A stretch of 60,887 nt of DNA, taken from the NCBI GenBank assembly GCA_018714665.1, contig DVNA01000111.1:1-60887 (forward strand), in the 5' to 3' direction. Below the pieces are notes generated by a model, which was given only the letters and a program-made list of their open reading frames with translations, was not told the DNA's origin and made no database searches. This document shows positions 39,212-50,125 of this stretch, piece after piece; positions within the stretch are counted from its first letter, which is position 1; every line of letters begins with the position of its first letter. The position numbers and the translations under genes were made by a program. Origin of the DNA: Candidatus Gallibacteroides avistercoris (lineage in GTDB: Bacteria; Bacteroidota; Bacteroidia; Bacteroidales; CHK158-818).

Positions 39212-39219
39212 TATCTTTG
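39212..39219 (+). promoter_or_regulatory. -7 box TATCTTTG for parE
   Basis: Exact match 20 nt upstream of ATG 39239. Confidence 0.5.
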
Positions 39220-39238
39220 TTTGTCGGTTAAACAGGCC

Positions 39239-41113
39239 ATGCAAAAAATTATGGAAGAACAAAACAGTCCAAACAATACCTTACAATACGATTCCGATGC
39301 CATCCGCACCCTCGACTGGAAAGAGCACATCCGGCGGCGTCCCGGTATGTACATCGGCAAACTCGGCGACGGCGCACACGCCGACGACGGCATCTACGTC
39401 CTCCTGAAAGAGGTCATCGACAACGCCATCGACGAGTACATGATGGGATTCGGCAAACAGATCATTATCGAGATGACCGACGCTGAAATCTGCGTACGCG
39501 ACTACGGACGAGGCATCCCCCTGGACAAAGTAAAGGCCGTCTCCTCCACGATGAACACCGGAGGCAAGTTCGACTCGAAAGCCTTCAAGAAATCGGTCGG
39601 CCTCAACGGAGTCGGCATCAAGGCCGTCAATGCCCTCTCCACCTACTTCAACATCGAATCGTACCGCGATGGAATGGTCAAAAGCGTAACCTACCAAAGA
39701 GGGTCGGTAACCGACGACGCCGACATCTGCCCCACCTCCGAACCCAACGGCACGCGCGTAACATTCGTACCGGACGATACCATCTTCCAGAACTATCAGT
39801 ACAAAGCCGAATACATCGAATCGCTGTTAAAGAATTATGCCTACCTGAATATCGGGCTGACCATCCTTTTCAACGGGCAAAAGTTCCACTCCAAGAACGG
39901 GCTGGAAGACCTGCTGAACGACCGGATGACCAGCGAGGCCCTCTACCCCATCATCCACCTGTCGGGGCCCGACATAGAGGTAGTTCTCACACACAGCAAC
40001 CAGTACGGCGAAGAGTACTACTCGTTCGTAAACGGGCAGCATACCACGCAGGGCGGTACCCACTTGTCGGCATTCCGCGAAGCCGTCCCCCGTACCGTCA
40101 AGGAGTTCTACAACAAGGGTTTCGATTACGCCGACATCCGTAACGGCATTGTAGCGGCTATCAGCATCAAGGTGGTAGAACCCGTGTTCGAATCGCAGAC
40201 AAAGACCAAGTTAGGCTCCAAGGAGATGGAACCCGATGGTATCTCCATCAACAAATACATCGGCGATTTCATCAAAAAAGAGTTGGACAACTACCTCCAT
40301 AAAAACGGCGAAACAGCCGACCGTCTGTTGAAAAAAATCCTGGAATCGGAAAAAGAGCGGAAAGCCATTGCCGGAGTAACGAAGCTGGCCCGCGAGCGTG
40401 CCAAAAAAGCCAACCTCCACAACAAGAAGCTGCGCGACTGCCGCAAGCACTTCAACGACAGCAAAGGCGACAACCTGGAAGAGACCAGCATCTTCATCAC
40501 CGAAGGCGACTCGGCCAGCGGCTCCATCACCAAAAGCCGCAACGTAGAGTACCAGGCCGTATTCAGCCTGCGCGGAAAACCGCTGAACACCTTCGGGCTG
40601 ACGCGCAAGGTAGTCTACGAAAACGAAGAGTTCAACCTGTTGCAGGCGGCCCTGAACATCGAAGAAGGAATAGACGGGCTGCGGTACAACAAAGTCATCA
40701 TTGCCACCGATGCCGACGTGGACGGTATGCACATCCGTCTGCTGATGATCACCTTCTTCCTGCAATTCTTCCCCGACCTGATCAAGAAAGGGCACGTATA
40801 TATCTTACAGACTCCCCTGTTCCGGGTACGCAATAAAAAAGAGACCCTCTACTGCTATACCGAAGAGGAACGCATCGCGGCCATCCAGAAACTGGGAGCC
40901 GGCGCCGAGATTACCCGTTTCAAAGGGTTGGGCGAAATCTCCCCCGACGAGTTCAAAGAGTTCATCGGAGAAGATATCCGCTTAGACCAGGTCTCCCTGC
41001 GCAAAGAGGACGTCGTAAAAGAGCTGCTCGAATTTTACATGGGCAAGAATACGATGGAACGCCAAAACTTCATCATAGAAAACCTTGTTATAGAAGAAGA
41101 CGATGTCGCCTAA
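39239..41113 (+). CDS. parE: Type IIA DNA topoisomerase subunit B (topoisomerase IV ParE-like)
   Basis: Track ORF starts at TTG 39221, immediately after the TATCTTTG box at 39212-39219. I use ATG 39239 (MQKIMEEQ...). GHKL ATPase N-domain, Toprim [24 protein letters not shown]. Confidence 0.85.
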   Translation: MQKIMEEQNSPNNTLQYDSDAIRTLDWKEHIRRRPGMYIGKLGDGAHADDGIYVLLKEVIDNAIDEYMMGFGKQIIIEMTDAEICVRDYGRGIPLDKVKAVSSTMNTGGKFDSKAFKKSVGLNGVGIKAVNALSTYFNIESYRDGMVKSVTYQRGSVTDDADICPTSEPNGTRVTFVPDDTIFQNYQYKAEYIESLLKNYAYLNIGLTILFNGQKFHSKNGLEDLLNDRMTSEALYPIIHLSGPDIEVVLTHSNQYGEEYYSFVNGQHTTQGGTHLSAFREAVPRTVKEFYNKGFDYADIRNGIVAAISIKVVEPVFESQTKTKLGSKEMEPDGISINKYIGDFIKKELDNYLHKNGETADRLLKKILESEKERKAIAGVTKLARERAKKANLHNKKLRDCRKHFNDSKGDNLEETSIFITEGDSASGSITKSRNVEYQAVFSLRGKPLNTFGLTRKVVYENEEFNLLQAALNIEEGIDGLRYNKVIIATDADVDGMHIRLLMITFFLQFFPDLIKKGHVYILQTPLFRVRNKKETLYCYTEEERIAAIQKLGAGAEITRFKGLGEISPDEFKEFIGEDIRLDQVSLRKEDVVKELLEFYMGKNTMERQNFIIENLVIEEDDVA

Positions 41114-41576
41114 AAAAACAGCCATATTCCCCGGGACATTCGATCCCTTTACCATCGGGCACCTCTCCATCGTAAAGCGGGGGCTCGAACTGTTGGACGA
41201 AATCATCATCGCCATCGGCGTCAACGAAGCCAAAAGCAGTTACTACACGATCGACGAACGGTTGGAGATGATCCGCTCCCTTTTCCACGACAACGACCGC
41301 ATCCGGGTCATGTCGTACAACAGCCTGACGGTCGATTTCGCCGCCTCGGTAAACGCCCGCTTCATCCTAAGGGGCATCCGCACGGTCAACGATTTCGAGT
41401 ACGAGCGCACCATCGCCGACGTAAACCGAGAGATGACCGGGATAGAGACCATCATCCTCTTCACCGAGCCGCAGCATACGCACATCAGCTCGACCATTGT
41501 ACGCGAACTGCTCCGCTACGGCAAAGACCCCAGCGAATTTGTCCCCCGCCAGATGAAACTCATTATACGCAAATAA
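41103..41576 (+). CDS. coaD: Pantetheine-phosphate adenylyltransferase
   Basis: 157 aa; [11 protein letters not shown] motif; overlaps the parE end by 11 nt. Confidence 0.93.
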   Translation: MSPKKTAIFPGTFDPFTIGHLSIVKRGLELLDEIIIAIGVNEAKSSYYTIDERLEMIRSLFHDNDRIRVMSYNSLTVDFAASVNARFILRGIRTVNDFEYERTIADVNREMTGIETIILFTEPQHTHISSTIVRELLRYGKDPSEFVPRQMKLIIRK

Positions 41577-41597
41577 CCTATATACCCCTGCAAGTAT

Positions 41598-43190
41598 ATG
41601 AAAAAGATACTCTTTTTATGGATAGCAATCGGGGTGACGCTCAGCGCCACGGCCCAGAAACAGTCGGAAGCCAACCGGAAACTCTCGCTCTCCGAATTTG
41701 CCATCAGCAGCCTGTACGTCGATTCCGTTGACGAGACCAAACTGGTAGAAGACGCCATACGGGGAATGCTCCAAGAGCTGGACCCCCACTCCACCTACAT
41801 GACCCCCGAAGAGGTCAAGGAGCTGAACGAGACCATGCAGGGAAACTTCGAAGGCATCGGCATCCAGTTCGAGATGTACAAAGATACCCTGTACGTCATC
41901 CAAACCGTCCCCGGCGGGCCCTCTGAAAAGGTAGGGTTGCTGGCGGGAGACCGCATCCTCACCGTCAACGACACCCTCATTGCCGGCGTGGGGAGGAGCA
42001 ATACCGAAATCATGAACCTCATCCGGGGTAAAAAAGGCACCACCGTAGTCATTACCGTGCTGCGCCGAGGCCAAACCGAGCCCATGACCTTTAAAATCAT
42101 CCGCGACCAGATACCCATCCACAGCCTCGATGCCGCCTACATGGCTACTCCAAATACCGGATACATCCGGCTCAACCGTTTCGGAGCCACCACCCACCAG
42201 GAGTTCGTAGAGGCGGTCAAGAAATTGAAGAAACAGGGGATGAAGAACCTCATACTCGACCTGCAAGGCAACGGAGGGGGGTACCTGAACTCCTCCATCG
42301 AGATTGCCGACGAGCTGCTGGATGACAAAAAACTGATCGTATATACCCAAGGGCGTAAAATGCCCCGCGAAGATGCCATTGCTACCAAGGAAGGAATTTT
42401 CCAGAAAGGCAAGCTGGTGGTATTGGTCGAAGGAAGTTCGGCCTCTGCCAGCGAAATTGTCAGCGGAGCCATCCAGGATTGGGACCGAGGCATCATCGTC
42501 GGACGACGCACCTTCGGGAAAGGATTGGTACAACGCCCCGTTCCGCTACCCGACGGATCGATGATCCGGTTGACCGTCTCGCGGTATTACACCCCTTCGG
42601 GCCGGAGCATACAACGCCCCTACACCGACGGAGTAGACCAATACAACCAGGACCTGATCGAACGCTACAACCGCGGGGAGCTGACCAACGCCGATAGCAT
42701 CCACTTCCCGGACTCCCTGAAAGTGAGTACCCTGCTCAACCAGCGAACCGTTTACGGCGGAGGCGGCATCATGCCCGACTATTTTGTCCCGCTCGACACC
42801 ACCCGGTTTACCAAATACCTGGGACAGGTGGTCGCCGCCGGTATCCTGAACTCCTATTGTACCGATTACATCGACAGGAACCGGGCAGAAATACAAACCC
42901 ACTACAAAACGCTGGACCGGTACATCGAATCATTTACCGTCTCGGATGCCATGGTAAACGAGGTAATAGCGGCCGCCGAAAAAGAGAAGATAACCCCCTC
43001 GGGAGCTATCACCGACCAGGAGAAAGCCACCATCCGGGATTGGATCAAGTCGCTGCTGGCACGCGACCTGTTCAACTACGAAGCCTATATCCAGGTATCG
43101 AACCTGTCGTCAGACACCTACCAAAAAGCCCTTGAAATCATAGAAAACGATGAGCTATACAACCAGTTGCTGGGTGTACAAAAGAAATAA
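41598..43190 (+). CDS. S41-family C-terminal processing peptidase
   Basis: 530 aa; signal peptide, PDZ domain, SSASASEIVSGAIQD and GRRTFGKGLVQ. Confidence 0.88.
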   Translation: MKKILFLWIAIGVTLSATAQKQSEANRKLSLSEFAISSLYVDSVDETKLVEDAIRGMLQELDPHSTYMTPEEVKELNETMQGNFEGIGIQFEMYKDTLYVIQTVPGGPSEKVGLLAGDRILTVNDTLIAGVGRSNTEIMNLIRGKKGTTVVITVLRRGQTEPMTFKIIRDQIPIHSLDAAYMATPNTGYIRLNRFGATTHQEFVEAVKKLKKQGMKNLILDLQGNGGGYLNSSIEIADELLDDKKLIVYTQGRKMPREDAIATKEGIFQKGKLVVLVEGSSASASEIVSGAIQDWDRGIIVGRRTFGKGLVQRPVPLPDGSMIRLTVSRYYTPSGRSIQRPYTDGVDQYNQDLIERYNRGELTNADSIHFPDSLKVSTLLNQRTVYGGGGIMPDYFVPLDTTRFTKYLGQVVAAGILNSYCTDYIDRNRAEIQTHYKTLDRYIESFTVSDAMVNEVIAAAEKEKITPSGAITDQEKATIRDWIKSLLARDLFNYEAYIQVSNLSSDTYQKALEIIENDELYNQLLGVQKK

Positions 43191-43289
43191 GGCAAAAATG
43201 TTTTGATGCCAGTAGAAACAGGCTCCTCCACGTGAAGGCTGGACGGCTCCCAACCTGCCTCCCGGCAGAATCTCAGACAAAAAAATTGG

Positions 43290-43328
43290 AGAGGGGGAAT
43301 GAAAAGAATTTCATTCCCCCTCTTTTTT
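43290..43328 (+). terminator. Intrinsic terminator after the second S41 peptidase (may also serve the convergent asnB)
   Basis: AGAGGGGGAATGAAA-AGAA-TTTCATTCCCCCTCT-TTTTT; perfect 15-bp stem; an A7 run lies 4 nt upstream. Confidence 0.85.
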
Positions 43329-43365
43329 CAAGCTTGCTTCGCAGAAAGCCGAAGAAAGAAATCTA

Positions 43366-45030
43366 TCAATAACTCTGTAAATGTACACTCTTGATGGCAC
43401 GTCCGGAGGGGTCGTTCATATTCTGGAACGAGGCGTCCCAAGCCAGCGCCTCGGCCGTACTGCACGCCACCGAAGGAACCGAAGGTACACACCGGGCAGC
43501 GGCATCCGAAGGGAAGTGCTCTTCAAAAATGGAACGATAAAAATACTCCTCCTTGTTCATCGGCGGGTTGATGGGGAAACGTTCGGCAGCATGAGCCATC
43601 TCCTGATCCGACACCTGCTCGGAGGTTATCTTTTTCAACGTATCAATCCAGCTGTATCCCACTCCGTCGGAGAACTGCTCTTTCTGACGCCAGGCAATCT
43701 CCTGCGGAATTATATCTTCAAAAGCCTTACGCAAGGGCCATTTTTCCATTCTCCCCTCCTTGGCCATCTTGGCCTCGGGATTAAAGCGCATGGCAACATC
43801 CAGGAACTCCTTGTCCAGAAAGGGAACACGCCCTTCAACCCCCCACGCACTGAGCGACTTATTGGCCCGCAGACAGTCATAGAGATGCAACTTACCCAGT
43901 TTACGCACCGTCTCTTCGTGGAAAGCCTTGGCATCGGGTGCCTTATGGAAATAGAGGTAACCGCCGAAAATCTCGTCGGCACCCTCTCCCGAGAGCACCA
44001 TCTTGATCCCCATCGACCGGATAACCCGGGCCAACAGATACATCGGCGTAGAGGCCCGCACGGTGGTAACGTCGTACGTCTCGATGTAATAAATCACATC
44101 CCGGATGGCATCCAACCCCTCCTGTATTGTATAATTGATTTCGTGATGCACGGTCCCGATAAAATCGGCCACCTTTCTGGCTGCGGCCAAATCGGGAGCG
44201 CCCTTCAACCCTACGGCAAAGGAGTGCAGCCGGGGCCACCACGCCGTCTGGGTGTCGTCCTCTTCTATCCGTTTGGAGGCATACTTCTGGGCAATGGCCG
44301 AGATAATGGAGGAGTCCAATCCTCCCGAAAGCAGAACACCGTAAGGGACATCGCTCATCAACTGCCGCTTGACGGCCGCTTCGAGCGCATCGCGCAACTG
44401 ATCTATATCGGCCGGATTTTCGCGAACAGCCTCGTAAGACTCCCATTCGCGCTTATACCACCTTACCATTTTCTTTTCATCGCTGTACCAATAATGTCCG
44501 GGCAGGAACGGTTCAATGTTACGGCAGACCCCTTCCAGCGCCTTCAACTCGGAGGCAACGTAGATACTCCCGTCATCGTTCCATCCTATATACAAAGGAA
44601 TTACCCCGATCGGGTCCCGGGCTACCAGAAAAGCGTTTTTCTCAACATCGTACAAGGCAAAGGCAAATATTCCGTTCAACTCTTCCAGAAAATCAATCCC
44701 TTTTTCCCGGTAAAGCGGCAGGATTACCTCGCAATCCGAACCGGTTAAGAACTCATATTTTCCCTCATAGGATTTCCGGATATCCCGATGATTGTAGATT
44801 TCGCCGTTTACGGCCAGAACCAACTTGCCATCTTTGCTTTTCAGAGGTTGACCGCCCGATGCCGGATCGACAATGGACAACCGCTCATGAGCCAGGATGG
44901 CATTTTGTCCATCGTAAATACCCGACCAGTCAGGCCCCCGGTGACGGATTTTCTTTGCCATCTTCAACACTTGGGGACGAAGCCCCGATATATCTCTCTG
45001 CGGATTAAATACACCTACAATACCACACAT
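43366..45030 (-). CDS. asnB: Asparagine synthase B (glutamine-hydrolysing)
   Basis: 554 aa; N-terminal MCGI nucleophile; LLSGGLDSS PP-loop. Confidence 0.93.
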   Translation of the reverse strand: MCGIVGVFNPQRDISGLRPQVLKMAKKIRHRGPDWSGIYDGQNAILAHERLSIVDPASGGQPLKSKDGKLVLAVNGEIYNHRDIRKSYEGKYEFLTGSDCEVILPLYREKGIDFLEELNGIFAFALYDVEKNAFLVARDPIGVIPLYIGWNDDGSIYVASELKALEGVCRNIEPFLPGHYWYSDEKKMVRWYKREWESYEAVRENPADIDQLRDALEAAVKRQLMSDVPYGVLLSGGLDSSIISAIAQKYASKRIEEDDTQTAWWPRLHSFAVGLKGAPDLAAARKVADFIGTVHHEINYTIQEGLDAIRDVIYYIETYDVTTVRASTPMYLLARVIRSMGIKMVLSGEGADEIFGGYLYFHKAPDAKAFHEETVRKLGKLHLYDCLRANKSLSAWGVEGRVPFLDKEFLDVAMRFNPEAKMAKEGRMEKWPLRKAFEDIIPQEIAWRQKEQFSDGVGYSWIDTLKKITSEQVSDQEMAHAAERFPINPPMNKEEYFYRSIFEEHFPSDAAARCVPSVPSVACSTAEALAWDASFQNMNDPSGRAIKSVHLQSY

Positions 45031-45058
45031 TTTTTCCTGATATTTTATATTTACGTTG

Positions 45059-45066
45059 CAAATATA
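45059..45066 (-). promoter_or_regulatory. -7 box TATATTTG for asnB
   Basis: Exact match 29 nt upstream of ATG 45030. Confidence 0.5.
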
Positions 45067-45173
45067 AAAATCAATTTCGACATTATGCTATATTTATCTA
45101 TTATTTTGTGGTATTTTGTTCGAATTATATGAATTATTTATTCATAATGCTTCTTTCATAGACATTTCGGAAA

Positions 45174-46118
45174 CTAAAAATTCCTCTTGTTTTCCATTAG
45201 CAGCGCAATGTTCCGTTTCAATCCTTCGTATTTGGCCCGTTTTACCGCAGAGTTTTTAAAGAGTTTACGATACGCTGATTCGGACAAGGTCTGCATCCGT
45301 TCATCATCCAACTGCAAAAATTCGGGGAGAGGACGAAACTCCGGCACAGCGGTAGGGCAGGCAAACCGGTTGTAGGGACACACCTGTTGGCAGGTATCGC
45401 ATCCATATACCCGGTTTCCCATACACGAAGCCACCGAGGGAGGAATATCGGCACGGTTCTCGATGGTTTGATACGACAGGCATCGGTTGGCATCCAATCC
45501 CCAAGGGGAAGAGAGGGCACCGGTAGGACAGGATTCGATGCACTTGCGACAGTTTCCGCAACGGTTTTTCAAAGGGGTATCGGGCGGAAGTGCCAGAGTG
45601 GAAACAATCACTCCCAGAAAGAAATAGGAGCCCTTCCGGGGAAGAATCAGTTGCCTATTGCGGCCGATAAATCCGATACCGGCCTGCTGTGCCCAATACT
45701 TTTCCAGGATCGGCGCCGTATCCACCAAACAACGCCCTTGCGTACCGGGAGCTATTTGACAGATAAAAGCGAACAACGCTTCCAATTTCCGTTTCATCAC
45801 CCGGTGGTAATCTTCGCCATAAGCGTAGTAGGCAAACTGCGGATGGGTATCCGGTTGTTTTTGGGCAGGGAAATAGTTCAGGGCCACCACCACGACGGAA
45901 CGAGCCGACTCAACCAGCAACCCGGGATTAAACCGAACCTCCCGGTAACGGTGCATATACTCCATACCGGCGCAACAACCGGCATCGAGCCAGCGTTGAA
46001 ACCGGAGCTGCTCCTCCTGCGGCACTTCGGCTGCCCGGGCAAAGCCGCAAGCCCCGAAGCCGATGCGGGAGGCCTCTTCCTTGATCAACCGGGCCTTTTC
46101 AGAGGAGAGCAAATTCAT
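45174..46118 (-). CDS. queG: Epoxyqueuosine reductase
   Basis: 314 aa; ferredoxin-type clusters CGNCRKCIESCPTGA and CDTCQQVCPYN; overlaps the upstream gene by 20 nt. Confidence 0.88.
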   Translation of the reverse strand: MNLLSSEKARLIKEEASRIGFGACGFARAAEVPQEEQLRFQRWLDAGCCAGMEYMHRYREVRFNPGLLVESARSVVVVALNYFPAQKQPDTHPQFAYYAYGEDYHRVMKRKLEALFAFICQIAPGTQGRCLVDTAPILEKYWAQQAGIGFIGRNRQLILPRKGSYFFLGVIVSTLALPPDTPLKNRCGNCRKCIESCPTGALSSPWGLDANRCLSYQTIENRADIPPSVASCMGNRVYGCDTCQQVCPYNRFACPTAVPEFRPLPEFLQLDDERMQTLSESAYRKLFKNSAVKRAKYEGLKRNIALLMENKRNF

Positions 46119-46707
46119 AGCCTTGTTCCATCATCCATTCTATCGACAGCGGAAGGGCGTAACGCAGGTTCCGTTCGGCTTTCAGCGAATCGTGAAAGAC
46201 GATAATCGAGCCGTTGCGGACATACCGCTTTACATTCTCAAACACCTCTTCTTTGGTTACCTTCTTGCTGTAATCGCGGGTTACGACGTCCCACATGATA
46301 ATCCGATACTTCCGTTGCAGGATTTTAACCTGCGAGGGCATCATGTGCCCGTGCGGCGGGCGGAACAGGATGCTTTGGATATGCCTGTCGGCCAACTCCA
46401 CGTTGCGGGTATACGCCCGGGGAGAATAGTGCAACCCCTGTATATGGTTCATGGTATGGTTTCCGGTACGGTGTCCCCGCCGAAGAATCTCGTCGTAGAT
46501 TTCACGGTGTTTCACCACGTTGTCACCCACGCAGAAAAAGGTTGCCTTGATTCCGTACCGATCCAGCAGGTCGAGCACCCACGGAGTTACTTCGGGTATA
46601 GGACCGTCGTCGAAGGTCAGGTAAATGGCATTACGGGGCCCGGGGATACGCCAGAATGTTTCGGGGTACAACATTCTATACAAGAAAGGTGGTTGTTCTA
46701 TCCACAT
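46099..46707 (-). CDS. Polysaccharide deacetylase (NodB homology) family protein
   Basis: 202 aa; TFDDGP, GNHTMNH and LFRPPHG motifs. Confidence 0.82.
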   Translation of the reverse strand: MWIEQPPFLYRMLYPETFWRIPGPRNAIYLTFDDGPIPEVTPWVLDLLDRYGIKATFFCVGDNVVKHREIYDEILRRGHRTGNHTMNHIQGLHYSPRAYTRNVELADRHIQSILFRPPHGHMMPSQVKILQRKYRIIMWDVVTRDYSKKVTKEEVFENVKRYVRNGSIIVFHDSLKAERNLRYALPLSIEWMMEQGYEFALL

Positions 46708-46711
46708 ACAT

Positions 46712-46749
46712 AAAACAAACGGCAGACTGACATATACATCAGCCTGCCG
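46712..46749 (-). terminator. Terminator-like hairpin after the DUF2723-like gene, abutting the deacetylase start
   Basis: Minus strand CGGCAG-G-CTGA-(8-nt loop)-TCAG-T-CTGCCG followed by TTTGTTTT. 10 bp with one mismatch. It ends 5 nt before the deacetylase ATG. Confidence 0.45.
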
Positions 46750-46764
46750 CCTTCATTTTTTTAG

Positions 46765-49700
46765 TTATTGTTTGGGTTGTGCATTCGGATTAAAAATGGC
46801 ATCGTAAGCGCTTGCAAACGTTTCGAGCTCCTGGTAATATTTGTCTCCCAGCTCCGTCTGCCCGTTCTCCTTCAAAATGGCCGAGACATAGTGCAACATC
46901 CGGATACTCGACATAAGGCTCTGACCTACCGAGAGAAAATGGCTCGGTTTAAGGCCGAAATACCAGTTGAGCATTTCAATGGCCGAGTCTCCCATGTCAG
47001 AGAGCAGCGCTATCGCCTTTTCAGGTTGTCCGAGTTTAAAGTAATATTGCCCGAAAAAGACAAAATTCTCTTCGGTCATGGGCACCACGCTCACCGGTAT
47101 TTTTTCCATACACAGGTTGAGCGCGTTCAGGGCTTTCTCGGTCTTACCCTCTTCGATGAGCGTATTCACCAACCGGGAAAAAACCAGACGCATATGCAGG
47201 CACATCCTCCGGCAGTTTTCATCCATATATACATCCGGATCTTCGTCCATTCCTCCCCATTTGAACTTGTTCATCACAATGTCATAGGTCTTATCCGCAT
47301 CCATCGAAGCCATACCTCCGTTGATAGGAGCAATGCGATAGGCCAGCCCGACAGCTTGCAGATAGTTCTGCAACCCGACATATTCGGAAGAGGGAACCGT
47401 CGATGCAAAATAGATGGAGCGGTCCCATCCCTGGTTGGCAATGCTGTTCAGCATCGACAAAACACCTATCTTCTCTTTGGTCAGATAAGGCGCCGAATAG
47501 GAGAGCGTCATCTCCTTGACGATACTGTCGGCATATTGAGGAGAAACGGTTCCGGAATTGACAACCGTTGCCGAATCGATGGGAATGGTAAAGGTAGTAG
47601 CCGGTAAGGTATTCAACTGATCTTCGCTACCCGAGTTATACAGCGTACGTTCGTCGTCGGAGAGCATCCACTTGATGGCCGAATCGAGTTTCATCGGGCC
47701 TTTTACTCTGGGTACGACTCTTACCACGTCGCGTTTTCCCTGGGCATACTGTTCGGGGGTCATCCCCAAAGGCAGCGGCGTAGAGGTATAAGAGGGATAG
47801 AGCATCTGGGTATAGTACCAGTCGGTTTGCAGGTAACTCAAATTACATACCCGTACATCGGTACGGAACCCTTCTACCTCCTGTACGTACCACAGCGGGA
47901 AGGTATCGTTGTCGCCTTGCGTAAAGATGATACCGTTTTCATCGACACACGAGAGGTAGTTCATCCCGAAATCGCGTGCCAGGTAACGGCCCGAACGGTC
48001 GTGGTCGTCCCAGTTCTGCCCGATCATCTGTACGGGAACAAAAAGACACAACACCGATGCGACGGCCGCAGCCACCTCTTTTCGCTTCAAAATCCGGTTC
48101 AGGCCCTTGGCAATGGCCAACACGCCCAGCCCTACCCAGATAGCATACGCATAGAAAGAGCCGGCATAGGCGTAGTCCCGTTCACGGGGTTGATAAGGAG
48201 TCTGGTTCAAATAGATGACAATGGCGATACCGGTCATAAAGAAGAGGAAGAAGGTAATCCAGAACCCTTCGATTCCCTTTCGTCCGGAGTAGGCTTGGAA
48301 CAACAAACCGATAATCCCCAGCAACAACGGCATCATGTAGTAGTAGTTACGTCCCTTGTTGTTGGCATATACCGAGGGCAGGGTTTCCTGGTCGCCCACC
48401 ATGTGCTTGTCGATGAAGTTGAACCCGGTTATCCATTTACCGTGCTGAACCTCTCCATGGCCCTGTATGTCGTTTTGACGTCCGGAGAAGTTCCACATAA
48501 AATAACGCCAATACATATGGTTCAACTGGTAGTCGAAGAAGAAGCGGAGGTTTTCCCAGAAGGTAGGTTGCATGACGGTCTTCACGCCCGAATCCGATTC
48601 AAACGGGGCAGCCACTACCACGGGTTTCCCCTTGTACTGACTCCACTCCTTGTATGCGTTAATGTGTTCGGGCTTGTCGCTGTACATTCGGGGGAAAAAG
48701 ACATCCAGCTCGGGGTTATAGATATAGTCGTATTTATATCCAGTAATGACATACCGATCTTTTTCGTCGGGCGAACTTTTCAACTTCTTGTTCCAGATGG
48801 GAGCGCCCATCTTCCGTTTAATCAATCCCGAGCGTGTACCCGTCTGGGCATCGGTAACCACGTCGTAGGTTACGTCCGAGACGAACGTGCGACCGAACAG
48901 CAACGGGTTGTTACCGTACTGTTCGCGGCTGATGTAACGGCCCAGCGAGAAGATGTCCGAGGGGTTGTTTTCGTCCAACGGCGTGTTGGCCGATGCCCGG
49001 ATCAAGATGATGGCGTACGAGGAGTATCCGAAAAAGATTACCATCAGACATACCAAAATCGTATTGAGGACCTTTACCGGAACCACTTTGCAGGCGAACA
49101 GGTAAAAAGCCAGGGCGGCAATAAGCAATATACCGAGCCAAACCATACCGCCCAAGAAAGGGAGTCCCAGCAGCGAGACTGCCAGAATAAACGAAACTTT
49201 GAGCCGCGTGGGATTTTTTTGCGAATAGGTTTCATATACCCCCCAAATCAGGCAGCCGATGGTCAGGAAGAAACAAACCACCACACCCGTGTTGAAAGGC
49301 ATCCCCAATACGTTTACGGCAAAGAGCTCAAACCATCCGGCCACCTGGATAAATCCGGGATACAACCCGTAAAGCAGGAACAAAATGATCAAGAACGAGA
49401 TGCCCAACGCCACCAACGACCCTTTCACGTTGCTATTGGGATATTTCTTGTAATAATAAACCAATACGATGGCCGGGATACAGAGGAGGTTCAACTGGTG
49501 TACACAAATACCTACCCCCATCAAATAGGCAATCAATACCAGGAAACGGCCCGCATAGGGTTCGTCGGCCACGGATTCCCATTTCAGAATCAGCCAAAAT
49601 ACAGCTGCCGTACAGAAAGAGGAGTAGGCATATACCTCTCCTTCGACGGCCGAGAACCAGAACGTATCGGAAAAGGCATATACCAGGGCACCTACCATCC

Positions 49701-50070
49701 CGCTACCGAGAATGGCAATCATCTTGGACAAAGAGATCTCTTCGTCATCCTGTACGATAATCTTCTTGGCCAGAGCGGTAATAGTCCAGAACAGGAACAG
49801 AATGGTACCGGCACTCAGCAATCCGGACATCAGGTTTACCAAATAGGCCACATGAGAGGGATCGGAGGTGAAATTGGCGAAGAAACGGCCCGTCAGCATG
49901 AACAAAGGGCTTCCGGGAGGGTGTCCCACCTCCTGTTTATACGCCGAGGCGATAAACTCGCCACAATCCCAAAAACTTGCCGTAGGTTCCAACGTCATAA
50001 TATAGACAACAGCCGATATCAAAAAGGCGACCCATCCGAGCAAGTTATTCCAAAACTTGTATTGTTTCAT
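46765..50070 (-). CDS. DUF2723-like giant polytopic membrane protein (GT-C-like glycosyltransferase fold) with a helical-repeat C-terminal domain
   Basis: 1101 aa; more than 10 TM helices in the N-terminal two thirds; soluble C-terminal region with TPR-like helices; family recalled, function unknown. Confidence 0.7.
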   Translation of the reverse strand: MKQYKFWNNLLGWVAFLISAVVYIMTLEPTASFWDCGEFIASAYKQEVGHPPGSPLFMLTGRFFANFTSDPSHVAYLVNLMSGLLSAGTILFLFWTITALAKKIIVQDDEEISLSKMIAILGSGMVGALVYAFSDTFWFSAVEGEVYAYSSFCTAAVFWLILKWESVADEPYAGRFLVLIAYLMGVGICVHQLNLLCIPAIVLVYYYKKYPNSNVKGSLVALGISFLIILFLLYGLYPGFIQVAGWFELFAVNVLGMPFNTGVVVCFFLTIGCLIWGVYETYSQKNPTRLKVSFILAVSLLGLPFLGGMVWLGILLIAALAFYLFACKVVPVKVLNTILVCLMVIFFGYSSYAIILIRASANTPLDENNPSDIFSLGRYISREQYGNNPLLFGRTFVSDVTYDVVTDAQTGTRSGLIKRKMGAPIWNKKLKSSPDEKDRYVITGYKYDYIYNPELDVFFPRMYSDKPEHINAYKEWSQYKGKPVVVAAPFESDSGVKTVMQPTFWENLRFFFDYQLNHMYWRYFMWNFSGRQNDIQGHGEVQHGKWITGFNFIDKHMVGDQETLPSVYANNKGRNYYYMMPLLLGIIGLLFQAYSGRKGIEGFWITFFLFFMTGIAIVIYLNQTPYQPRERDYAYAGSFYAYAIWVGLGVLAIAKGLNRILKRKEVAAAVASVLCLFVPVQMIGQNWDDHDRSGRYLARDFGMNYLSCVDENGIIFTQGDNDTFPLWYVQEVEGFRTDVRVCNLSYLQTDWYYTQMLYPSYTSTPLPLGMTPEQYAQGKRDVVRVVPRVKGPMKLDSAIKWMLSDDERTLYNSGSEDQLNTLPATTFTIPIDSATVVNSGTVSPQYADSIVKEMTLSYSAPYLTKEKIGVLSMLNSIANQGWDRSIYFASTVPSSEYVGLQNYLQAVGLAYRIAPINGGMASMDADKTYDIVMNKFKWGGMDEDPDVYMDENCRRMCLHMRLVFSRLVNTLIEEGKTEKALNALNLCMEKIPVSVVPMTEENFVFFGQYYFKLGQPEKAIALLSDMGDSAIEMLNWYFGLKPSHFLSVGQSLMSSIRMLHYVSAILKENGQTELGDKYYQELETFASAYDAIFNPNAQPKQ

Positions 50071-50117
50071 ATATTTTCAGTTTGCAAATTTCTACTCATT
50101 CAACCATATAAGAGGCG

Positions 50118-50125
50118 CAAAGATA
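50118..50125 (-). promoter_or_regulatory. -7 box TATCTTTG for the DUF2723-like gene
   Basis: Exact match 48 nt upstream of ATG 50070. Confidence 0.45.

Noticed and set aside
32128-43190. Two S41 peptidases in one window as a possible recent duplication
   Set aside because: They share only the family motifs (PDZ, SASASE, GKG). They differ in length, N-terminal topology and overall sequence, so they are ancient paralogs.
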